DNA of 64,000 nt from Verrucomicrobiales bacterium (GTDB lineage Bacteria; Verrucomicrobiota; Verrucomicrobiia; Verrucomicrobiales; V1-33). The translations under genes and the position numbers were made by a program. Positions 9,505 through 19,769 of the stretch are shown here, in pieces. The stretch is from positions 1-64,000 of the forward strand of contig JANOAV010000025.1 of NCBI GenBank assembly GCA_031411295.1, given 5' to 3'. The first letter of the stretch is position 1. Every line of letters begins with the position of its first letter. The notes below the pieces were generated by a model. It had not been told where the DNA came from and searched no databases. It saw only the letters and a list, made by a program, of their open reading frames with translations.

Positions 9505-10395
9505 CTATTTCTCCGCCAGCAAGGCTGCTTTGGCCGTGGCCAACCCGGCAATTTGTTCTTCCGGCAGGCTTGGCCAATTCAGCTCCATGGCTTTGAGATG
9601 ATGGAGGATGGCAGCGGAGACGAGGAGGCGCATGTCCCCCTTATCATCAGCCGGGATGGCATACCAAGGACAGGATTTGGTGGCAGTGCGGTTGATCACC
9701 TCTTCGTAAGCCGCCATGTAATCACTCCAGAAAGCGCGCTCTTTGACGTCTGCGGCATTGAACTTCCAATTCTTGGCAGGGGTTTCGATGCGTTCTAGGA
9801 AGCGTTTCTTCTGCTCGGCTTTAGAGACATGGAGGAAGAATTTGATCACTTGGATGCCGTTGCGGCTGAGGTAGGCCTCGTAGTTGGCAATGTCCTCATA
9901 GCGCTGATCGAAGAGTTTTCCCAGCTTCTGGGTAGCCTCGAGCGGGAGGCGTTGGTATTTGGTCACGATCTCCGGATGCACTTTACAAATGAGCACCTCT
10001 TCATAATAAGAGCGATTGAAAATCCCCAAGCGTCCGCGTGGGGTGGCCACCTTCATGCACCGCCAGAGATAATCGTGGTCCAGTTCTTCATCACTGGGAC
10101 GCTTGAAATTTTGCACCTCCACTCCGCCAGGGTTGATGCCACTCATGACGTGGCGGATCGTCCCGTCTTTGCCAGCGGCATCCATCGCTTGGAAAATCAC
10201 TAGCAGACCCTGACGATCTTCCGCAAACATCTTCTGTTGCAGTTCATCGATTTCGTTCTGGTAGGCGGCCAACTTGGTCTTCAAATCTGCCTCGGAGGAA
10301 TACAGACGTTGCTTGCGCTTGGTTAGAGCTTTGGCGATCTTGAACTTCTCTTTGCCAGTGCAACGGTAGGGGGATGGATCGATGGTGAGTTTCAT
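9505..10395 (-). CDS. ppk2: Polyphosphate kinase 2 family protein
   Basis: FQAMDAAGKDG Walker A, FNRSYYEEVL, KFFLHVSK, KNWKFNAAD; ATG at 10395 (MKLTIDP). Confidence 0.92.
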   Translation of the reverse strand: MKLTIDPSPYRCTGKEKFKIAKALTKRKQRLYSSEADLKTKLAAYQNEIDELQQKMFAEDRQGLLVIFQAMDAAGKDGTIRHVMSGINPGGVEVQNFKRPSDEELDHDYLWRCMKVATPRGRLGIFNRSYYEEVLICKVHPEIVTKYQRLPLEATQKLGKLFDQRYEDIANYEAYLSRNGIQVIKFFLHVSKAEQKKRFLERIETPAKNWKFNAADVKERAFWSDYMAAYEEVINRTATKSCPWYAIPADDKGDMRLLVSAAILHHLKAMELNWPSLPEEQIAGLATAKAALLAEK

Positions 10396-10522
10396 GCATG
10401 AGCACTCTGCTTGAAAGTGGCGGGAACTCCAGCGGGATTTTGCTGAAATCCTTGCGTGGTGGGTAATTTTTCTGAACATCTGCTTTTGCATTTTCCGAAA
10501 AATCCCCCATCGTAGTCCGATT

Positions 10523-10921
10523 ATGAAATCCCTCCTCGCAATTGTTGTCTCTGTTTGGTCCGCTTTGACGCTGACCAGTTGTATTGATCTGGCCCCGTTG
10601 CAAGGCGGGGGCGGTGGTGGCTACGGCGGTGGTGGCTACGGCGGCGGCTATGATCGCCCCGGCTATAGCCAGCCCAGCTATAACAGTGGGGGCTATCGTC
10701 CGGCCCCGCACTATGATAGCCATGATCACGATCACAGTTCCCATTCGGGTTCCTCCAGCAACTATTATGGCGGGCCAGAGGCTTGGTATAAGAGTGGCTA
10801 CGCTTTGGGGAAACGGGATCGTCGCGAACACAAATCCTGCAACTACCGTCGCTACTCGAACCAATATGATGGAAAGACTCAGTCCCACTTCGCTCGTGGT
10901 TACGAGGACGGTTATCATTGA
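10523..10921 (+). CDS. Small Gly/Tyr/His-rich lipoprotein
   Basis: Signal peptide with lipobox LTSC; YxxGYxxG motifs at the C-terminus. Confidence 0.7.
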   Translation: MKSLLAIVVSVWSALTLTSCIDLAPLQGGGGGGYGGGGYGGGYDRPGYSQPSYNSGGYRPAPHYDSHDHDHSSHSGSSSNYYGGPEAWYKSGYALGKRDRREHKSCNYRRYSNQYDGKTQSHFARGYEDGYH

Positions 10922-10997
10922 TAGTTAGAGAATCCAACCCGTTTGCGGGTGGTGATTTTCGTAGGCGAACGATGCGCGGTCGGCTTTAATGCGGATC

Positions 10998-11690
10998 ATG
11001 TCTAAACGTGCTACCACATTACTTCTCGTCCTCGGTTTCGCGGTTCTCGCTAGTCCCACTCCTGCCCAGGCGGATGCTTCTGCCCAAGCTTCCGCCTCCG
11101 CCAAGTGGGCCAAGGATATTGCCGCCTTCGAGGCGGCAGATAAATTGCATCCGCCTCCGGCCAACGCCATTCTCTTCACCGGAGCCTCGGGGATCCGCAT
11201 GTGGCAATCGTTGGCTGCGGATTTTCCCGACCATAAAGTCATAAACCGCGGGTTCGGGGGGAGCATGGTGTCGGATGCCCTAGCCTTTGCTGATCGGATT
11301 GTGATCCCCTACAAGCCTGCCATGGTCATTCTCCAAGCGGGAGGCAACGATATCAACGCCGGAAAGTCCCCGGAGACGGTATTGGCTGACACCAAAGCGT
11401 TTGTGGAAAAAGTCCGGGCCGCCTTGCCAGACGTGCGGATCGTCTTCATGGGGCAGGGGCCCAGTCCAGCCAGGTGGGCTCAGGCCGAAGCCCAGCAGAA
11501 GCTCAACTCCTTGGTGAAAGCCTACGTTGCCGCAGGGCAGAACCTGGATTTCATCGATCTGTGGGATGCCTTCCTGGGGCCTGATGGGAAGCCAATCGAA
11601 AGCCTCTTTATCGCAGATAAACTGCACCACAACGCCGAAGGCTATAAGATCCGGGTGAAGCTGACGAAGCCGCATCTGCCAGGAAAATGA
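10998..11690 (+). CDS. Secreted SGNH/GDSL hydrolase
   Basis: Signal peptide; LFTGASGI, INRGFGGS, AGGNDI, DKLHHNAEGY blocks (alternative start 10989). Confidence 0.88.
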   Translation: MSKRATTLLLVLGFAVLASPTPAQADASAQASASAKWAKDIAAFEAADKLHPPPANAILFTGASGIRMWQSLAADFPDHKVINRGFGGSMVSDALAFADRIVIPYKPAMVILQAGGNDINAGKSPETVLADTKAFVEKVRAALPDVRIVFMGQGPSPARWAQAEAQQKLNSLVKAYVAAGQNLDFIDLWDAFLGPDGKPIESLFIADKLHHNAEGYKIRVKLTKPHLPGK

Positions 11691-11775
11691 GCTTCCGGCC
11701 ACCGGACAGAAATGTCTGGTCCACGCGGTGGTGTCGCTTGCAGCAGCGGATTCGGCCTGTAAGCTGACACTCCCC

Positions 11776-12369
11776 ATGAAAATCACTTCCGCCGTTTTTG
11801 AAATCAGCGCCCCCACTTTGGAATCTTGTCCCGAAGCGGAGGTGCCGGAGTTTGCCCTGATCGGCCGCTCCAATGTGGGGAAGTCCTCGCTGCTGAATAT
11901 GCTCACTGGCCAGTCGCACTTGGCCAAAGTTTCCTCGACTCCCGGGCACACCAAGTTGATCAATTTTTTCCGCATGAATCAGACCTGGCGGTTGGTCGAT
12001 TTACCAGGCTACGGTTTTGCCAGAACAGGCGCGGCCGAGCGCACCCGCTTCAATGATGCGGTGGCGAATTATCTGTCATTTCGGTTCCGGTTGAATCGGG
12101 TCTTCATCTTGATCGATTCCCGCTTGGAACCACAGGAGATCGACCTTTCCTTCATCGAATGGTTGAACGGCGTGGGACGTCCGTTCGCGTTCATTTTCAC
12201 CAAGAGTGACAAGGTGAAACCCAACCAAATGAAGCGCGCGATGGACTCCTTCAAAACCGCCGTGGAGGCCCTGAATGTGGCCTGGCCACCGGTCTTCGCT
12301 TCCTCCTCCAAGACGCGCGATGGCCAGCTGGATATCCTGAAATTCATCCAATCCCAATTAGCGATATGA
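11776..12369 (+). CDS. engB: Ribosome biogenesis GTPase EngB/YihA/YsxC
   Basis: GRSNVGKSS, STPGHT, DLPGYG, TKSDK; ATG at 11776. Confidence 0.95.
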   Translation: MKITSAVFEISAPTLESCPEAEVPEFALIGRSNVGKSSLLNMLTGQSHLAKVSSTPGHTKLINFFRMNQTWRLVDLPGYGFARTGAAERTRFNDAVANYLSFRFRLNRVFILIDSRLEPQEIDLSFIEWLNGVGRPFAFIFTKSDKVKPNQMKRAMDSFKTAVEALNVAWPPVFASSSKTRDGQLDILKFIQSQLAI

Positions 12370-13478
12370 CGTTAGAGGATCTTGGCTGGAACGAGGAATT
12401 CGCTCGGGAGTTCGCTCCCTTCGCCAAGCTGGGCTATGTGCCCGCTCGCTTGATTCGGGATAATCGGATCACCTATGGATCGTTAGCGGTGGAGGATGGC
12501 AAATTTGTCGAACGGGAAGTTATTATGAGCGGCAAGCTCTACCACGATGCCAAGACCGACGCGGAGCTTCCCGCCGTGGGAGATTGGGTGGCGTTGGAGG
12601 TGGGGAAACCAGGCGAGGAAACAATCATCCGTGGGCGATTGCCCCGGCAGACCTGCTTTTCCCGCAAGGCCCCCGGCAATAGTGCCGAGGAGCAGGTGTT
12701 GGCTGCTAACATCAATATCGTGGTCGTGGTGACTGAAGCCGGACCGGACTTCAACCCCAGACGGATGGAGCGTTACTTCACGATCATCGCCCGCAGCGGA
12801 GCCAAGGCGGTGGTGTTAGTGAATAAGTCGGATTTGTTCTCCAATCAGGACAACAAATTAACCGTAGAGGCCATTCAGGAGCTGAATCCAGAGGCGGAAG
12901 TCTATTTGACCAGTGCGGAAACCAAGAAGGGCTTCAAGAATTTCATCGGTTGTTTCAAACCCGGAGTTACGGTGGCGTTGATCGGATCCAGCGGGGTGGG
13001 GAAGTCGGCCTTAATCAATCAACTGCTGGGCGATGAATACCAGTTCACAGGCGAGGTCAATGAAACCACTGGCAAAGGCCGCCACACCACCAGCGCCCGG
13101 GAGCTAATGGTGCTGCGCAAGGGCGGCATCGTGATCGATAATCCCGGCATCAAGGAAGTCCAAATGTGGACCGACGAGACTACCCTGCGGGAAAAGTTTG
13201 CCGATATCGCGGACTTGGCGGCCCAGTGCGAATTCTTCGACTGTAAACATGGCAAAGATCGCGGCTGTGCCGTGCGGGAAGCCCTGGAGCGCGGGGACTT
13301 GGCGATGGAACGCTATCAGGGATTCCTTAAATTGGATGACGAGATTGCCGCCTTGCAGAAGCTTTCCAAGAAGCGGCAAATGACCGTGGAACGCCGGGCC
13401 AAAAGAGACAGCAAGATCAAGGCCCGCAACAAGGACGATCGCGATGATCTGGCGCGCGATCTGCGTCCCCGTGCTTGA
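12366..13478 (+). CDS. rsgA: Ribosome small subunit-dependent GTPase A
   Basis: Circularly permuted GTPase: NKSD, GSSGVGKS, GRHTT, DNPG; Zn knuckle CEFFDCKH...GC. Confidence 0.95.
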   Translation: MTLEDLGWNEEFAREFAPFAKLGYVPARLIRDNRITYGSLAVEDGKFVEREVIMSGKLYHDAKTDAELPAVGDWVALEVGKPGEETIIRGRLPRQTCFSRKAPGNSAEEQVLAANINIVVVVTEAGPDFNPRRMERYFTIIARSGAKAVVLVNKSDLFSNQDNKLTVEAIQELNPEAEVYLTSAETKKGFKNFIGCFKPGVTVALIGSSGVGKSALINQLLGDEYQFTGEVNETTGKGRHTTSARELMVLRKGGIVIDNPGIKEVQMWTDETTLREKFADIADLAAQCEFFDCKHGKDRGCAVREALERGDLAMERYQGFLKLDDEIAALQKLSKKRQMTVERRAKRDSKIKARNKDDRDDLARDLRPRA

Positions 13479-13534
13479 GGCGGCCGATGATTGAACGTCG
13501 AAGTCCGTTTCTATTTAACCCGAAAACAGCCTTT

Positions 13535-13635
13535 GAAATGTGGCGGGGGCATTTTGCCCCCCAGCCTTGGATCATGCTGGAGAGGGTTGGATGCGGGCCC
13601 CTGGGCTAGGGGGCAGAATGCCCCCGCCACATTTC
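13535..13635. repeat. REPIN-like doublet (GTGG-headed palindromic REP, family B)
   Basis: 32-bp inverted arms 13535-13566 / 13604-13635 (2 mismatches); each arm is itself a hairpin GGGGGCA-TTT/TTC-TGCCCCC; between convergent genes. Confidence 0.88.
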
Positions 13636-13739
13636 GTTGCGACTACGCAGATTGAAATGGCGTGACCTAAAGTGTTTTCAGAAGCGCCTTCATAAAGCCC
13701 CGCGAGGAATCTGGTGAGAAATGCGTGCTCGCGCTGCGT

Positions 13740-14192
13740 TCATTTAATCACCACGGGCGTGCCCGGTTCAACCATGTCGAAAAGCTCAATGATGTGCCAG
13801 TTCGCCATGCGGATGCAGCCGTGGCTGGCGGGGGTGCCTAACAGGTGCTCTTGATTGGTGCCGTGGATGTAAATGTAGCGTTCGTGCGTGTTGGCATTGT
13901 GCTTCTCCTTGCCGTCCAGCCAGAGAATTCGTGTGGTGATGAGATCGCAGTCGGTTTCAAACGCAGGACTCCACAGTCCGATGGCTTGGCGGGAACTGAA
14001 GATGGTGCCCCAGAGCGCTCCCGCTCCAATCTTATCAGAAATTACAAATTTACCCACGGGAGTTTTGTTGCTGCCAGGCTCACTTCCCAACCCCGATTTC
14101 GAGGTGGAGATGGGAAAAGTGGCCAGCACTTTTCCCTTGTTCGTCAGCACAGACATTTCTTGGGAAGCGACGGAGATTACGATTTTAGGCAT
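13740..14192 (-). CDS. L,D-transpeptidase (YkuD family)
   Basis: KTPVGKF, IYIHGT, SHGCIRM catalytic motif. Confidence 0.93.
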   Translation of the reverse strand: MPKIVISVASQEMSVLTNKGKVLATFPISTSKSGLGSEPGSNKTPVGKFVISDKIGAGALWGTIFSSRQAIGLWSPAFETDCDLITTRILWLDGKEKHNANTHERYIYIHGTNQEHLLGTPASHGCIRMANWHIIELFDMVEPGTPVVIK

Positions 14193-14387
14193 GGGCCCAT
14201 GGTGCGTTCAAACCGCAGTTTGCCAAGCGCAATCATCTCTGATTCCAATTCGCGTTGAAAGGTGCCGTCCCGCAGGAGGCGCATCCTCCTGATCCCAAAC
14301 CGGGTTGCGTGCTCGGCCCGCAGGAGTCATGGCTACTGACGAAATGGACACAACCTCGTTGGGCTTGCGGCATGCTCGGCTGCTAGG

Positions 14388-14861
14388 TCATTCTAATTTT
14401 TCTGAGTATGACTCGTGAGCCCCATTGAAGAAGAGGATCAGCGGTCCGGTTAGCAATATCAGGAAAGTCGTGGTGGTATTTCCCTTCAGCGCATGAGCTG
14501 CGCCCATCATTATAGCTGAACCTGCGAGACAAAAAAGCAAGGCATGCCAACGCTTGCGAATCAGCTGTTGCCACGCGGTTTCGCGCCCGGGGTAGTCGAA
14601 TTCGATCTTGGAGAGACTGGAGTTCCAGCCTTTTTCCCGGGCAATTTCTTCCCATGACTGGCCAACAGGTCGACGCTCAAATTCTTCACGATGAATTGGC
14701 TGGTAGCGGTCGGTTTCATCTGCTTCGATCGCTTTCAAGCCGAACGATCTTCGAAGCTCCGACCCATAATTAATTTGCACAGACCAACCAATGAAAGCGA
14801 TCATCATGATCAGGGAGAAATTGATAAATGGCGGCCGCGTTGGCTGCGGATTTGATTTCAT
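14388..14861 (-). CDS. Hypothetical membrane protein (about 3 TM)
   Basis: 157-aa ORF with a GGA-containing upstream region and hydrophobic segments; appears more AT-rich than its neighbours. Confidence 0.55.
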   Translation of the reverse strand: MKSNPQPTRPPFINFSLIMMIAFIGWSVQINYGSELRRSFGLKAIEADETDRYQPIHREEFERRPVGQSWEEIAREKGWNSSLSKIEFDYPGRETAWQQLIRKRWHALLFCLAGSAIMMGAAHALKGNTTTTFLILLTGPLILFFNGAHESYSEKLE

Positions 14862-15025
14862 CTAAGGAGGGTAACTGAATTCGGCCACAAGTCCACAATT
14901 AGCTAGCAGGCAACAAGCGGCCCGAAAGCTCGAAGGGCCCTAGAATATTAGTGATTGACGCAAGATCCAAATTTAGCCGGCAACACGGCAGTCATAGGGA
15001 TAGGACCAATTCTACGATGACAGGA

Positions 15026-16882
15026 TCAACTGGGCGCACCGAGTTTCCCCAGCCAGTCGGACCAGATTTTGGAAGCATCGACTGGGGGCGCGGTGGCCGG
15101 CTTGCGGAACCATCCGGTTTTCGCGGGGGGCTCGTTGAGTTGGAAGAGGTTCGGCCAGGGGAGAGGGATTTTGGGGTCGGAGAGGCTGCCGAAGGAGAAA
15201 TCGCGCGCCATGAGTTCCACGCTGGTGCGGGACAGGGCGGGCTTCCATTCGATGGTGGCGCTGGCGCTGAGGCCGGTGATTTTGTGCAGGAGCCATGTGG
15301 CGAGGAGCGTGTCTGCCCGTAGCGCATGGAGGTGTTGCACGCCCCAGCGCGTCATTTGCCCGGCCAGATAGATGGCTCGGCGGGCTTCTCGGAAATAGAC
15401 TTCACCATCAATGGGGCCGCATTTCTCATAGAGGGATTCGACCTTTGCCACGAGTTCGGGAGCATTGCGCCAGGCGCTTTCCAGGACCATGGCATCGGGT
15501 AGAAAATCGACCTCACTGCCGTCCACGGTTTGCTTTGGTCCAGCCGTGGTGGCCAGCAGACGGACGTTGGTTTGGGTGGTTAGGAAGGCGATTTCATTGG
15601 CCCCATCCGCACTCGGAGGCCAGGTGGAGAGCAGGCAGCAAACAGATGTCAGTTTGCCGGGCGGGCTGGAGGGAATGATCTTCAGGAAACGTTCCGCGAG
15701 TTGCTCGGCGGTGTGTTGCAGGGTGAAGGTGCGATTGAATTTCTCCCGTCCAGCCAAGCCGAGGCGACGTCGCAGCGGGGCGTTCTCGGCCAGGGTTTTG
15801 AGGTTGTCGGTGAGTTCGGAAATGTTCTCCGGCTCGGCCAAGAACCCCGTGATGCCGTGGGTGACCATTTCCGGGACGCCAACTAACTTCGTGGAAACGA
15901 CGGGGCGGCCCGCGGCCATGGCTTCGGTGATCACGGTTGGCAAAATGTCGCTGGCACCCTTGTGATCAACGATGCAGGCCAGCGCGAAGACATCGCAAGC
16001 TTCCAGGAGGTGCTGGATCTGCGCCTGACTTTGGATGCCGAGGAGGTGAATGTAGCTCTGGGCTTGATGGGTCTGAATGAGGTCTTCCAAGGTGCTGCGC
16101 AGCGGACCTTCGCCCACGATTTGCAGCGTGACGGGCACGCCTTGCTGGTGCAGTTGGGCGACGGCGGGGATTAAATATTGGAAGCCTTTGAAGTCGATGA
16201 GTCGGCCCACGCTTAAGACTTTAAGCGGGCCTGGGGCGGGTTCGGTAACTTGGAAACTTGCGGGGTCCAGGCCGTTGTAGATGCGAACGATTTTCTCAGC
16301 CGACGCTGGACACATGGTTTGCAGGAGTTGCTGGCTGAAATCGCTCACCGCCACCACGAACTCCGCCTGACGCGCCATTTCCTGCAGGAGATCCTGGCTG
16401 CCCAAGTCCACCATGAAATCTTGCGCATGGGCTGTGAAGCTGTAGGTGAGGCCGGCCAACTTGAGGAACAGAGCGGTGTGGGTGGCTCGGTTGGCGAAGT
16501 GAATGTGGACGTGCTTTACGCCACGTTTGCGAAACTCCTGAGCGAAATACCACGCGTTTCTGGCGCGGGTGAGGGATTTGAATTGCTTGCCGTAGATGGC
16601 ATCGTGCTCCTGGGCCAGATGGCGCATACTGCGCCAGAGCGGATCATCATCGCACGCCCCGGAGGTCGGTAAATCAAGGACTGGGCGGGGTGGGGGATAG
16701 ATGATTTCCGCCTGGAGGTGTTCCAGTCGTTCGTGGCGGAAGCTGGTGGTGGGCGGATTGAGGGAGCCGATGGTAATGCGGAATCCCTGGGCCTCCAAGG
16801 CCATCATTTCCGTGTCACAAAACGTCTGCGAGACCACTGGGTAGCGGCTGTAGAGGTAGGCGACGTGGGGATGATTCTGCAT
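15026..16882 (-). CDS. Glycosyltransferase family 4 (WcaL-like) with a C-terminal extension
   Basis: YPVVSQTF, HVHIHFA, SFTAHAQD, SVGRLIDFKG, EAMAAGRPVVST. Confidence 0.9.
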   Translation of the reverse strand: MQNHPHVAYLYSRYPVVSQTFCDTEMMALEAQGFRITIGSLNPPTTSFRHERLEHLQAEIIYPPPRPVLDLPTSGACDDDPLWRSMRHLAQEHDAIYGKQFKSLTRARNAWYFAQEFRKRGVKHVHIHFANRATHTALFLKLAGLTYSFTAHAQDFMVDLGSQDLLQEMARQAEFVVAVSDFSQQLLQTMCPASAEKIVRIYNGLDPASFQVTEPAPGPLKVLSVGRLIDFKGFQYLIPAVAQLHQQGVPVTLQIVGEGPLRSTLEDLIQTHQAQSYIHLLGIQSQAQIQHLLEACDVFALACIVDHKGASDILPTVITEAMAAGRPVVSTKLVGVPEMVTHGITGFLAEPENISELTDNLKTLAENAPLRRRLGLAGREKFNRTFTLQHTAEQLAERFLKIIPSSPPGKLTSVCCLLSTWPPSADGANEIAFLTTQTNVRLLATTAGPKQTVDGSEVDFLPDAMVLESAWRNAPELVAKVESLYEKCGPIDGEVYFREARRAIYLAGQMTRWGVQHLHALRADTLLATWLLHKITGLSASATIEWKPALSRTSVELMARDFSFGSLSDPKIPLPWPNLFQLNEPPAKTGWFRKPATAPPVDASKIWSDWLGKLGAPS

Positions 16883-16891
16883 GGCTCTCTC

Positions 16892-18070
16892 TTAGAATGC
16901 GGCCGCCACTTCGTAGGTGTAGCCCTTCAAATATTCCGTTTCTTGAATCGTGGGGATGATGGGATGGTCTCCGCGCTGGGTGTGGAAGTGAACTTGGCGC
17001 AGCGTGCGCTTGGCATCGACGGCGGCTTCGCAGATGACGCGACGGAAATCGGATAGGCTCACGTGGTGGGAGCAGCAGTAGGTGCTGAGCACGCCTCCGG
17101 CACTCAGGAGTTTCAGCGCGCGGAAGTGGATTTCTTTGTAGCCACGGAGGGCATCGCCCAGCGTTTTCTTGTTCCGGGTGAACGATGGGGGATCGAGGAT
17201 AATCACGTCGTAGGTCTTGCCTTCGGATTCGGCGGCTTTGAGGAAATCGAATACATTGCCGACGATGCCGGTGATCTTATCGGCCACGCCGGAGGCTTCG
17301 GCATTGGCTTTCATGGCCTCAATAGCGTCCTCGCTGATGTCGATGGCGGTGACTTCGGTGGCTCCGGCCATGGCGCTGGCGAGGGCGAATCCGCCTTGGT
17401 TGCAGAAGCAATCCAACACGCGTTTGCCCTTGGTGAGCGGGGCTACTTTGGTGTAGGCTTCGAGCTGGTCCAGATAGAGTCCGGTCTTTTGTCCACCAAG
17501 CAGGTTGACGTTGAAAGTCACTCCGCCAGAAACGACTTGGAACGGAGCGGGGGGCTCGCCCAGAAGCATCCCCGTAACGGTGGGCAGGCCTTCGGCAATG
17601 CGCATGGAACCGTCGTTGCGCTCCACGATGGTCTTGGGTGCGAAGACTTCGACCAACGCTGCCACCAGCAGGTCTTTGCGTTGATCCATAGCCAACGTCA
17701 GCGTTTGCAAAACGAGGTTGTCACCATAACGATCGATCACGATGCCCGGGAGACCATCGGCCTCGCTCCAGACGAGACGACAAAGTTTCACATCCAAGCC
17801 CGGCACGCGCTCCCGCAGGCCCAAGGCGCGACGGAGTCGGCGGACGAAGAATTCGGTGGTGAGTTCCTCTTTGCGGCGGGAAATACGCCGGGCCACAATC
17901 TGCGAGTGCGGATTGTAAATGGCGGTGCCCAGCGGTCGATCCTTGAAGTCCTTCAGCGTGACGACATCGCCCGCCTTTGGTTCGCCAAAGGTCTTTTGCA
18001 CTTCGGTGGAATAGACCCAATCATGGCCGTGAAGAATGCGCGAACGAGGTTTAATAACAAGACCAGCCAT
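16892..18070 (-). CDS. Class I SAM-dependent rRNA methyltransferase, RlmI-like (PUA + MTase)
   Basis: GHDWVY, EADGLPGIVIDRY, GQKTGLYLDQ, VLDCFCNQGGF, ILDPPSF, YCCSHH, ETEYLKG. Confidence 0.9.
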   Translation of the reverse strand: MAGLVIKPRSRILHGHDWVYSTEVQKTFGEPKAGDVVTLKDFKDRPLGTAIYNPHSQIVARRISRRKEELTTEFFVRRLRRALGLRERVPGLDVKLCRLVWSEADGLPGIVIDRYGDNLVLQTLTLAMDQRKDLLVAALVEVFAPKTIVERNDGSMRIAEGLPTVTGMLLGEPPAPFQVVSGGVTFNVNLLGGQKTGLYLDQLEAYTKVAPLTKGKRVLDCFCNQGGFALASAMAGATEVTAIDISEDAIEAMKANAEASGVADKITGIVGNVFDFLKAAESEGKTYDVIILDPPSFTRNKKTLGDALRGYKEIHFRALKLLSAGGVLSTYCCSHHVSLSDFRRVICEAAVDAKRTLRQVHFHTQRGDHPIIPTIQETEYLKGYTYEVAAAF

Positions 18071-18193
18071 GAGAGTTTAGGAGAGACGGGGGTGAATACG
18101 GGAAAGGGTGAACTCGCTACATGGCAGGGGATGGCACGGATGGCAACCGGGAGAATCTCGCTGAAATTTACCAGCTCGGAGTGCTAAATGGGG

Positions 18194-19435
18194 TCAGTTG
18201 CTTGGATCCGCCACTTCCTCTGGGCACAAGCTGCGCCCCCAACGGGACCGTTGCAGGCTAGCGCGGAGGTTGGCGAGCTTTTCCTGCGGGGTTTTGCCGA
18301 GATCCGGGAACTTGGTGCCGAGCAATTGGGCGAACGCGATGGACTTGGACTCCTGCATGGTGGCCCGGAGTTTGGCGAGTTCTTTCCACGCTTGCGCGTC
18401 GGATTTGGCAACTTTGCGCTCGGCTTGGAGTTGACTGAATTTATCCGCCAGGCCGGTTCCTTCGCCCACGGGGGAAATGCCATCGTGCTGGTTGGTTAGC
18501 GCTTTGTTGGGGAACTCGCGAACTTCGGGCCAGGCGGTTTCTTCCAGTTGGGCCACGGTCGATTCGATCTCTTCCTCGGTCCATTTCCCTGCCGCCGTGG
18601 CGAGGAGAACTTGGAGCAGACCCGCAGGCAGGGCGCTGATGTTTTGCCAGGTGTTGCGAAGATATTTTGCCAAGTTTGCGCGCAGCGGGATGTTGTGAGG
18701 AAGCTCGGGGGCCAGATCGTGCAGTAAGTCCAGATGCATGCGCAGCATTTCCCGCATCAACAAGACCGGCTTGGTGTTCATGGTGTTGTTGGCATGGACC
18801 CGGTAGTTTACCAGCGGTTCCAAGAGGACGATCATCTGATCTCGCAATACCGTCTGCGCCAGGAAATAGTAGTCGTGATTGTAGCGATAAGGGCGGAAAG
18901 GGAATCGGAGCAGGAACTCGCGACGTGCGATGATGTTGCTGGTGGTGGCGGGGAAATTCCCCAGCGCCAGCCACTCGCTGTAATCCAAATCCGGCTTCTG
19001 CTGCCAACTCCAAACGGCCCGGAACCAGCGCGCCCGGGGCTCGGTCAACGGCAGTGGCTCGTCCTCGGAACCAATGATTTGCAAGCCGGTTACGAGCACG
19101 CTCTTGTCAGGATTTGCTTCCAGCAAGGGGACGCATTTCGCAAAGCGTTCGAGGTGATAGTGATCATCGGAATTCAAAATGCTGATGAGTTCACAGTCCT
19201 CGGCAGCCATGGCGATGGCTTGATTGATGGTGTTATGCGCTCCGCGATTCTCCCGGGCCAGCACTTCAACCCCTTGGCTCTCGTATTCCTTGAGCACGGC
19301 CACGGAGTTGTCCTGCGAACCATCATCGATCACAATGATCCGGTCCGGCCGACGCGTTTGCTGAAGCACGGAGTCTAACGCCAATCGAATGTAATGGGCG
19401 TGGTTATAGGAAGGGATGACAACAGCGAGACGCAT
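18194..19435 (-). CDS. Glycosyltransferase family 2
   Basis: VVIPSYNH, IDDGSQD, ILNSDD (DxD), DYYF. Confidence 0.9.
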   Translation of the reverse strand: MRLAVVIPSYNHAHYIRLALDSVLQQTRRPDRIIVIDDGSQDNSVAVLKEYESQGVEVLARENRGAHNTINQAIAMAAEDCELISILNSDDHYHLERFAKCVPLLEANPDKSVLVTGLQIIGSEDEPLPLTEPRARWFRAVWSWQQKPDLDYSEWLALGNFPATTSNIIARREFLLRFPFRPYRYNHDYYFLAQTVLRDQMIVLLEPLVNYRVHANNTMNTKPVLLMREMLRMHLDLLHDLAPELPHNIPLRANLAKYLRNTWQNISALPAGLLQVLLATAAGKWTEEEIESTVAQLEETAWPEVREFPNKALTNQHDGISPVGEGTGLADKFSQLQAERKVAKSDAQAWKELAKLRATMQESKSIAFAQLLGTKFPDLGKTPQEKLANLRASLQRSRWGRSLCPEEVADPSN

Positions 19436-19533
19436 GGGCAGTGGAACGGGAAGGAGATGTGTAGTGATATCATGGGCACGGTTCTCGGTCCGCGCAAGCC
19501 GATGCCTGAAGCAATTCCTTGCCCTCTGCCGTG

Positions 19534-19565
19534 AGTGTGGAGCAGTCGGCTCGACTGCTCAATCC
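19534..19565. repeat. Single GTGG-headed palindromic REP (family C), identical to 20494-20525
   Basis: AGTGTGGAGCAGTCGGCTCGACTGCTCAATCC; stem GAGCAGTCG/CGACTGCTC. Confidence 0.85.
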
Positions 19566-19769
19566 AACCCGCCCAGCCCACAGACCATTACAGGCTCCAG
19601 GTCCGGAAATCGCAAATCGTCTTTCGTGACTCCTCATTCCACCACCACGCAAGTCAGTAGTAGGATTTATGAATACGGAGTGACAATCGATGATCTACCA
19701 ACTGCGCTCAATCCACGCAGCCCATCAAACTACGCAACTCCTGGCCTCTTGTCTCCCAATCCCCCCAAC

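Noticed and set aside
3561..18187. Other long antisense ORFs (e.g. 3561-4304, 4383-5396, 17063-18187)
   Set aside because: They largely or fully overlap well-supported genes on the opposite strand, as expected in GC-rich DNA.
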